DNA from: Paraspadella gotoi
Taxonomy: Eukaryota; Animalia; Chaetognatha
DNA: 64,000 nt
Assembly (NCBI GenBank): GCA_051294375.1
Contig: JBJCIZ010000028.1
Span: 1,625,479-1,689,478 of the forward strand
Direction: 5' to 3'
The notes under the pieces: generated by a model
Seen by the model: only the letters and a program-made list of their open reading frames with translations
Databases searched by the model: none
Told to the model about the DNA's origin: nothing
Shown here: positions 55,750 to 64,000 of the stretch, one piece after another
How positions within the stretch are numbered: position 1 is the first letter of the stretch
How the letters are laid out: every line of letters starts with the position of its first letter
Translations under genes and position numbers: made by a program

Positions 55750-58435
55750 ACCAGATACCGGTGGCCCCTGAAGACGTACCCAAGACGGCGGTGATCACGC
55801 CCTTCGGCCTATACGTTTTCCTGAGGACGCCGTTTGGCCTAAAAAACGCAGGCCAAGATTTTCAGAGACTCATGGACGAGATTCTTGGTGATCTCCCGAG
55901 AGTTTATGTTTATCTCGACGACATTTTGGTAGCAAGCGAGAACGAAGAGCAGCACCTCAAAGACCTGGAAGAGGTGTTTGAATCTCTCCAAGAGAATGGG
56001 CTCATCGTCAATCGCAAAAAGTGCATCCTCGGCCAAGAATCTCTCGAATTCCTCGGCTATCATGTCGACGCCAACGGCGTCAAACCACTTCCGCAGAGAG
56101 TTGACGCCTTACGCCAAACGGCAGCTCCAACCACGGTCAAGGAGCTCCAACGTTTTTTGGGCATGATTAATTACTACCGTCGGTTTATTCCGAAGGTGGC
56201 ACATCATGCAACGCCGTTATATGACGCCCTCAAAGGGAAGCCGAGACGATTGGAGTGGAGCGCCAACTGTCAAAGAGGATTCGAGGCTGTTAAAGAAGCC
56301 CTCGCGAACGCCGTCCTCCTCCGACACCCCAAAACCGGCGCCGCTCTCTCACTCACGACCGATGCCTCCGATCATGCAGTCGGCGCAGTCCTGGAGCAAC
56401 GCGGCCCCCAAGGATGGGAGCCGCTAGCTTTCTTTTCCGCCAAACTCAGCGACGCCCAGCGTAAGTGGCCGCCCTTCGACAGGGAACTTTACGGCGCCTT
56501 CAGAGCCGTAAGACACTTCCGCCCATGGCTGGAGGGACGCGCTTTCGTATTGTATACGGATCACATGAGTCTCATCCACGCCTTACACAAGAAAAGTGAA
56601 CCTCAGACAGCGAGACACACCTTCCAACTCTCAGCAATCTCGGAATACACAACCGACATCCGCCATGTTGAGGGCAAGGCGAATGTCGTCGCTGACGCGC
56701 TATCTCGCCCAAACCAAGCGACAGAGATCTCCACGAAGCCCTTGAGCGACGAAAAGGCCGAGCACCTTACCCTCATCGCAGCCGCAGTGCAAAATCAAGG
56801 AATAGATCTCCAGGAGATGGCTCGTCAACAACCGCTAGATCGTGATTTCCGGCGCCTCCTCCAAGATCCGTCAACGAGCCTCCATTTCAAGCGAGTTCAA
56901 CTCGGAAACGAAACAATACTTGTCGACGTTTCAAATGGACCTCCACGACCTTTTGTTCCAGAAGCATGGCGCCGAAAAGTTTTCAACACCATACACGACC
57001 TCGGCCACCCCGGAGTTGCTCGTACTCGCCAAACTATCACAGAAAAGTTTGTGTGGCCCTCTATGAGAGCCGACGTCACCCGTTGGGCGCGCGAGTGCGT
57101 TGCTTGTCAAAGGGCGAAGGTCACCCGCCACACCATCCCCGAGATTGGCGAGTTCACTGTCCCACCGCGCAGATTCCAACATATCCACGTGGACATTGTC
57201 ACCATGCCCATGTCTAACGGTTTCTCCCATCTTTTGACAGCCGTGGACCGCTTCACAAGATGGCCCATGGCAGTGCCCATTAAAGACACCACCGCCTCCA
57301 CCGTTGCTGACGCCTTTGCGCATCATTGGGTGGCCTCTTTTGGAATCCCTTCAGACATTACTACCGACAGAGGATCACAATTTTCCTCTGCAATCTGGAG
57401 ACAATTGGCCAGTACATGGGCCTGCAAATTGCCAGGCCTAACGACGGCATACCATCCAGCAGCAACGGTTTGGTAGAGCGTTTCCATCGCCGACTAAAGG
57501 AGTCCATCATCGCCATCTCCGTCGACGAACCGCAAAGGTGGTATTGGAGACTCCCCGCCGCGCTACTCTCCATTCGTACGACTATCAAACCAGACGTGGA
57601 TGCTTCGCCAGCGCAGTTAGTATATGGAGACGGCCTTGCAGTCCCTGGTGATCTCCTTCCATCTGGCCATTCCGAGGCCGACGAGCGCGACGCCCGTCAA
57701 CGCCTCCGAGATGAGTTACGATTAGAAGTCGAACGTCTGCAACCAGCACCAACGAGCAGACACCGTCAACCTCGAGTTCATCTCCCAAACAGCCTCGCCA
57801 CATCTACGCATGTTTTCGTCCGGCGCGGAGGTATTCACCCAACCCTCACCGCTCCCTACGAAGGCCCGTTTCGCGTCGTGGCGAGAAACAATTTAAACTT
57901 TCAAATCGAGATGCCAGGGAGAGGCGTGGAGACGATCGCCATAGCGCGCGTCAAACCCGCGAACGTTTTGGACGACTCCGCCCAAGATGAGGCGCATCTA
58001 GAGCCGCAATCGCCGCCCTCCTCGCCTCCACCTCCGGCTCCTCCTCCTTCGTTTCCCCCAGAACCAACTCAGGCCAGTGACGCACCCCAGCGCCATCAAA
58101 ACGAAGACGAGGACCAAAATGCTTCATGCCAGGCCACGCCCACTCGGCCACCGGCGCCCTCCGTTGAGTCCAGACCTTCACTGCACTCACCAACGCCACG
58201 TCAGCGTCGTCGATCAGGCCTCCGTCCTTTCCCTCGAGCAAAGGCTGCCGACTTTTGTTGCCGCGCCAACGCCAACGCAGCGACACGCCCAGATTATGGC
58301 GCGGTGTTGAAACAGATCCTAACTCATCAAATCGAGCCCAATCGTGAAGCCGACTTGCCAGTTTCCTCGTCGCCTGCCGCCTCCTCGTCTGGGGGGGATG
58401 TGGGATTTGATCCCGCTTTCTTTGCTTTTCAATAG
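55750..58435 (+). CDS. pol: Pol: RT, RNase H and integrase (protease falls in the N gap; one frameshift near 57430-57470)
   Basis: KTAVITPFGLY, PFGLKNA, YLDD, TDASD, DRELY, ADALSR, HHCC (HDLGHPG..CVAC), HVDIV / TDRGSQF / NGLVERFH, and GPF motif YEGPFRV. Confidence 0.92.
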
Positions 58436-59646
58436 AAGAGATCAGCGCGACGGGTGATGATAGAGAGAGACGAAGAGCCATGGCACTAAACACATTGATG
58501 TTGAACTTATTAATTAAAAAAATATTTACCATACTATCATAAATTCTAATAGTGACAAAAGTTTAATTTAACTAGAATGGGACTGCTTTTAAATGCACTT
58601 ATCTTTAGGGGGTCGGCGTCCGGTCGGCCCTTAATCTCTCTATATCAGTCACCTTCTTTGCCTCCGCATTAAGACAGCCTTACTGAAATAATGTATATTA
58701 TAATATTTATATAATAATAAATATAATACTAAAATATATAATAACTTATACAGTATTATATGAATATATATTGGTAAGAACATATATCAATAAATAATTT
58801 ATACCAAAAGACTTAAGATAAAGACAGCGCGGGAAAAAAGCTCCGACGAAATTACGCGAGTAGCACTATGAAGCAAGTATAGAAAGACGAGAGATATGAA
58901 ACCAGATTGGCTGCCCCTTGAAAACAGCCGCGCCTCTGCGTTGAAGGGGTGGCAGACGCGTGTGTTTTAAACTTATTCGCGTTAACGATTAGGAAGATGA
59001 TTAAGCCGCAAGAAATAAAAAAAAGTCGTGTAGTACCATTCTTTTGTTGCACGCTGGCGTGCGGTACGTACATACGCTACAATGACAGTTAAATAACCTA
59101 AAAACAAAGAAAAATACAGAGGAAACAAAGAAAACTCCGCGAGCTCGAGGGAATGACATCTCCAAAACAAAAACAGACTTTAACAGATATGGATAACACG
59201 AAGATCAGGGAGTCAAAAGTTCAAAGAAACAACCAAGCAGAGTAGTGTGAACACAAGAGAGACGAAAAATCAACGATTTTCAGTAAAAAAAACACTTTTA
59301 GAGAAATACACGAGAAAAAAAAGTTTTGGATTTCTGTAGGGTGTAAAAATGGCCCGTCTCTTTTTTCCCCCTGTCCTCAAAACGACGTGATGAAAAGTTG
59401 CGGTCTTTCAATTTCCCGGCCCCCTCCCCCCCCCTACTCCCCTCCCCCCACCCACCCCCCCCATGTCAAATTTAAATTTTTTGTGTGGGAAAAGGGGACG
59501 GTTTCTCTCTCTCTCTCTCTCTCCTCTATCCGCCTCAGCCTACACCTCAACGCTACAGCTCTCTCTCTCTCGCTCTCTCTCTCTTTCTCTTCTCTCTTGC
59601 TTTCTCTCTTCTGGTCGTCTCTCTCCTCTCTCTCTCTCTCTCTCTC

Positions 59647-59693
<47 letters not shown>

Positions 59694-60159
59694 CGTCTCT
59701 CTGTTCTCGTCTCCTATCACTCCTACTGTCTGTCCCACTTCATGAATGTTTTTTCCTCCCCTCTGTGGCCTCCTGTATATAGTTTTGCGCTCCCTCTTCC
59801 CACCATCTCTCTTCCTCTTTCCTCTTTTCTTCTTCTTCTTGTTGTACCCTCTCACTCTCCCGATCTCTAATCTCTTTGCTATCACCCTTCTTTTTCCATA
59901 TCACCGATTATCCCCTCTTATATTTTCCTTCCTTTTTCCTTTTCATCCCACTTCCTCCCCTTTGCCTTTTTCCTTTCTACTATCCACTCTTTCTATCCTC
60001 TTTTCCTTCTATTCATTCTTCATCTTCTCACCCCTCCTCCCACCATTCCTCTCTTCCCTCTCCAATTTTTTCCCATACTTTCTCTTTCCTACCCCTCCCC
60101 TCTCACCCCCTTTTCCATCGTTTCCTCTTTCACTCCCCTCCCCCCTCCTTCCTCTCTTG

Positions 60160-61617
60160 GACGAGTGATCTGGCATCAAACGGAATTGAAGCGAAGACTC
60201 CGCCGCTGACGTTTTGAGGAAAAAAGAAAAAAAATCCGAGAAAGAAAGAAAAAAGAAAGAAAAGAAGAAGACAATCGTCACACTTTTTTTTTTCGTTTTC
60301 ATTTACTATTTTACGATTTTTATTTCTTTTTTTAAATCCGCTTTCGAATATAATGCGGTTTTGCGCAAAGGCGGGATGGGGAAACAAAAAAAACACAAAA
60401 AAAAAGAGTTTAAAAAATAAAATATAGAAAATTGCGAAATTAACGAAAAGCTGAAATGTTTAGAATTTCGTTTAGCAAAAAAAAAAAGAAGGATTTCTCT
60501 CAATTATTCAGTCATCTTTTTGAGACGGATTTTAGTTTTCTCTCTTTTACTTTCCTCTTGCGTATCTGTTGGCTTTTTTTCTCTTCACACTTCCTCTTTT
60601 CTATGCCCGTACTCCCGACTTAAACCTCATTTCGTTGAGTATGTTATTCCTCACTGTCGTTCGTGCGTCGCTATCGTCGTTTTCATCGTCGTCGTCACGG
60701 TCGTCAATTGGGTCGAAAAAGTAAGCCAGGCAACAAGCAGTTTTTCGGCCTGAAGGCCGAATTTCCGCGCTTAACGCCTAAAACCGGGAGGAGAGGAGAG
60801 GAGAAACTGAGGACGTATTACATGCAGGAAGATGAGGTGAGCGAGAACGACATCAATCGGATGGACGGAGAAGACGAAATGGAAAGAGACGAAGAGAATG
60901 AATGATCTGAGGAGAGCATGAGAGACCGTGACGAACGTCACGAAGAGTGACTGGGAGAGAGAGAGACGATCGATAAGGAACCGGGAGAGACGAGAGAGAG
61001 CGGGAGAAGAGAGAGACCGAACATGATCAGGAATCGATTGGAGCGAGGGCACGGTGAAGGCAGGAGAGTGCGGCGGCCGGGGGGTGAGGAGATGGCGCGC
61101 AGCTCGGAACGATGAGTCGCCGGGGGACAGAAGAGGGCGCGAGAGAGGGAGAGAAGGGTAGGAGAAGAGGAGATAAATAATTACAAAGAGGTTTTGGAGG
61201 TGGCGCCTTAAATATGAAAGTAGGTATATCATTACGGCACTTTTTTTCTTTTTTTTTTTTTACTTTTTAACAACGATAATAGAATTCGTTACTTTACTTA
61301 CTTCATATTTTTTTCCTTTTTCTTTTCTAGTGCGAATCTCAGCCGAGGACTAACTTTTAAGGTTGAAATATTGTAAAAGGAAATAATTTTAAGACAAATA
61401 CATAAATAGAAAAGAAACTTTTAAAATAAAAAAAAAACATTTGATAAGATTGTATATCCTTAAGGATTAATAAAAATAAAAAAAACATAAAAAACATAAC
61501 ATGAAAAATAAAAATAAAACTAGGAAAAGAAAAAAAAAAAGAAAAAAAACTTATTAGTGAAAGGTGGGAGAGGGAAAAAAGAGTGTTTTGTAAATGTGAG
61601 TGTAAGAGAGAGAGAGC

Positions 61618-61716
<99 letters not shown>

Positions 61717-61893
61717 AGAGTAAAACGCGACTGAGAGAGAATAATCAATGAATATATTCCAGCCTGGGTCAGCGTGAGAGACGAGATGAATGGATGATGA
61801 GATAGACAGATGTACAAAAGAAAGGAGATAAAAGACAGATAATATAGAAAAGATACGTATGAGCAGGGGCGTCCTTTTCTTTCAGGTAATTAC

Positions 61894-61972
<79 letters not shown>

Positions 61973-62780
61973 GAGAGAGAGATCGGGTTATTCACCCTAA
62001 GGTAATAACGTTTCTTTTGACAAAAAAGGATTTTTCCTGCCGTCCGCTGATTTTCATGTCGGCGCTCTTTCTCAAAAAGAGTCGAGTTTAGGGATTGACC
62101 TGACTCGGATGATTTTTTTTTAACCGAAAGCATATTTTCATTTTCGCGCTTTTTTTTGGGTGAGGCGAGTAGAGTGAGTCGAAGGTGAGACGAGGTGAGT
62201 ATAGGTAAGTTAAGATGGACGAATTCGACAATGGTTGTGGGACATACCCTCGTCGAGATTTCTTATTTGAAATATGCATCTTTATATTTTATGGTGCATG
62301 ACGAAGTTGTAACGAGCAAGGCGACAGGGTCTGACTGAAGCATTTAACCAAGACGTTGACGAATTTGTGACGGAATGAATATTTCGGTTTCATAACAGTA
62401 AAAAAAACCCAATGAAGACAACTAGTAACTAGATCAGGTAAAAAAAGTGAATGTAAAATGAGCAAGAAATGCAAAGAGTTGATCGCCCGCCGACGCGACA
62501 GCCGGGGAAGCCGGACAACCGATGTAGCCGGCAGCGAGGCAGCCATGGCAGCGGCAGCAAGACAGCCCGAACGATCGAAACGAACCTCGGTCGCCCTGGT
62601 AGGACAAATCCTTCTCTTCAGCCCTTTCCCACGGGACGTAGGTGTAGGCCATCGCCGGCGACAGCGACGGCGGCGGCGCGAAATAGGCGGCGCCAACACG
62701 ACCGGCGTCGCGGAAATCCCCGGCGTCGTCTCGACGCCGTCTTGGCGCCATCTCGGCGTCCTCGTCCCCTGAGTCGAACC
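60160..62780 (-). CDS. Possible SH3-SH2 (Src-like) exons in error-rich sequence
   Basis: PAMAYTYVPWERAEEKDLSYQGDR (SH3 ALYDY..DLSF.KGD-like, ~62590-62660), RRGYVP (~62240-62260), QAEKLL (~60735-60755), VFASI..DH (~60165-60200). Frames are broken. Confidence 0.3.
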
Positions 62781-62822
62781 TGGAGGAGGCAAAATGGGGC
62801 GTTGAGGGTAATTGAATTCTGG

Positions 62823-63036
62823 GGCCATATTTTCTAAAAACGCCCCATCTCCGTTTGGGTAATTTAAAATTGGAATAAGAAATTATGCGTTATGGTGTAA
62901 GGAATAAGTGACGGGAGGAGTGTTAGGAATGAAGTTATGAATTAAGGTTAAGGATTAGGATTAAAGATAAACATTAAGATTAATTAAGGTTTGAGTAGTA
63001 GTGATAGAAATGGAGCGCTATCAGAAAATAGTGGCC
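62823..63036. mobile_element. MITE family B copy
   Basis: GGCCATATTTTCTAAAAACGCCCCATCTC...GAAATGGAGCGCTATCAGAAAATAGTGGCC with a TTAGG-like interior. Confidence 0.6.
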
Positions 63037-63331
63037 GAATGCTGACGTAGATTAAGCGATGGTAAAAATTCTAAGTCTTAGCTACGGACTTCAAGGAATG
63101 CCGGTGAATTTCTGGTGAATCGCTGCCAGTGAAATCGCCGTGAATGCGAATGCGTTGTTTACGCGGATAAGAGAGAGAGAGAGAGAGAGAGAAGAGAGAG
63201 AGAGAAGAGAGAAAGAGAGCGAAGAGAGAGAGTGAGCAGATGAGAAGAGAATATTGAACAGCATAACGAAGCCGTGATGGAAAAGCGAAAGCTGAATAAC
63301 GAAGGAAAGTTGAGAGAGACAGCGAGACTAC

Positions 63332-63365
<34 letters not shown>

Positions 63366-63895
63366 GGGGGGGGGAAAAGCAAATAACGTCGTGAAAGCGT
63401 TTGTGACGTCGTTGGGATTCGGCGTGACTCTCAAACCAAAATGGGAAAAAGATTTTTTTTTTTTAAGGAAGCGTTGTCGGGGAGGGAATAGAGTGGGGGA
63501 GAGAAGAGGAGAGAGTGAAAGAAAATAAAAATAAAACTCTGAAACATGGGAGGTAGGAAACGGAGGAAGTGAAAAAAGGGAGGAAAAGAGAGGAAAAAGA
63601 CGAGAGAGAGAACGTAAAGGAAGAGGACAGTTTGCCCTAGATTCCGGGAATAGATCGGTGAGAGAGGGAGGAGAGGCTTAAAACCTCCGCTGAAACATTC
63701 ATTCACTGGCAGGGAAAAAAAATGAAAAAAAGAAGAAAAAAAAAGGGAGGGGGGGGGAAAAGAAAAAAAAGAAGAAAAAGGGAAAAGAAGTGAGAGAAGA
63801 AAGAAAGGCAAACGGGGCAGTCCAGACAGACAAAGACCAGACACGTCGGATGAAGATAGAAAAAAGGAGAAATGGCGAGAGAGAGAGAGGAGAGG

Positions 63896-63952
<57 letters not shown>

Positions 63953-64000
63953 AGAGAGAGAGAGATGCCGTAATTTTGATTCGACTTTAGTCTACAGATG

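Larger units (their letters stand above)
53471..58440 (+). mobile_element. Ty3/Gypsy LTR retrotransposon, CsRN1-like clade; gapped, 3' LTR not matched
   Basis: 5' LTR end ..TTCGCCACA (53543), PBS TGGTGATCCCGAC (53545-53557, tRNA-Trp), gag, pol, PPT GGGGGGGA (58391-58398) followed by TGTGG. Confidence 0.9.

Noticed and set aside
57420-57476. Programmed frameshift within integrase
   Set aside because: It falls inside the catalytic core (TTAYHP..NG) with no slippery site; indel mutation or sequencing error is more plausible.

Overview
Eukaryotic (animal-like) scaffold with AT-rich introns, CpG-rich exons, many (CT/GA)n tracts, N gaps and stretches of indel-rich raw-long-read quality; most listed ORFs are microsatellite artefacts. 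Host genes: partial FAM20C-like Golgi kinase (+, ~5.7-9.35 kb), a 13-exon DUF229 gene (+, 12237-~21030), a large multi-exon gene of unknown function with a C-terminal CxxC cluster (+, ~21.9-41.6 kb), an intronless C2H2 zinc-finger array (+, 42701-44050, decayed tail to ~44640), and weak SH3/SH2-like exons (-, 60-62.8 kb). Mobile DNA: a hATm-like hAT transposon with an 8-bp TSD inserted inside a zinc finger, two hAT-type MITEs, a CsRN1-clade Gypsy element with a tRNA-Trp primer-binding site (PBS), a TTAA-flanked element and several small repeat families. Most interesting: a ~780-bp non-coding miniature LTR retrotransposon (27841-28619, -) whose LTRs carry tRNA-type Pol III A/B boxes and whose tRNA-Trp PBS is unusually long (~33 nt). 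A related solo LTR with a 4-bp TSD (49787-50019) and a candidate autonomous Gypsy partner using the same primer lie in the same window. The 1-4253 inverted duplication is probably an assembly artefact.
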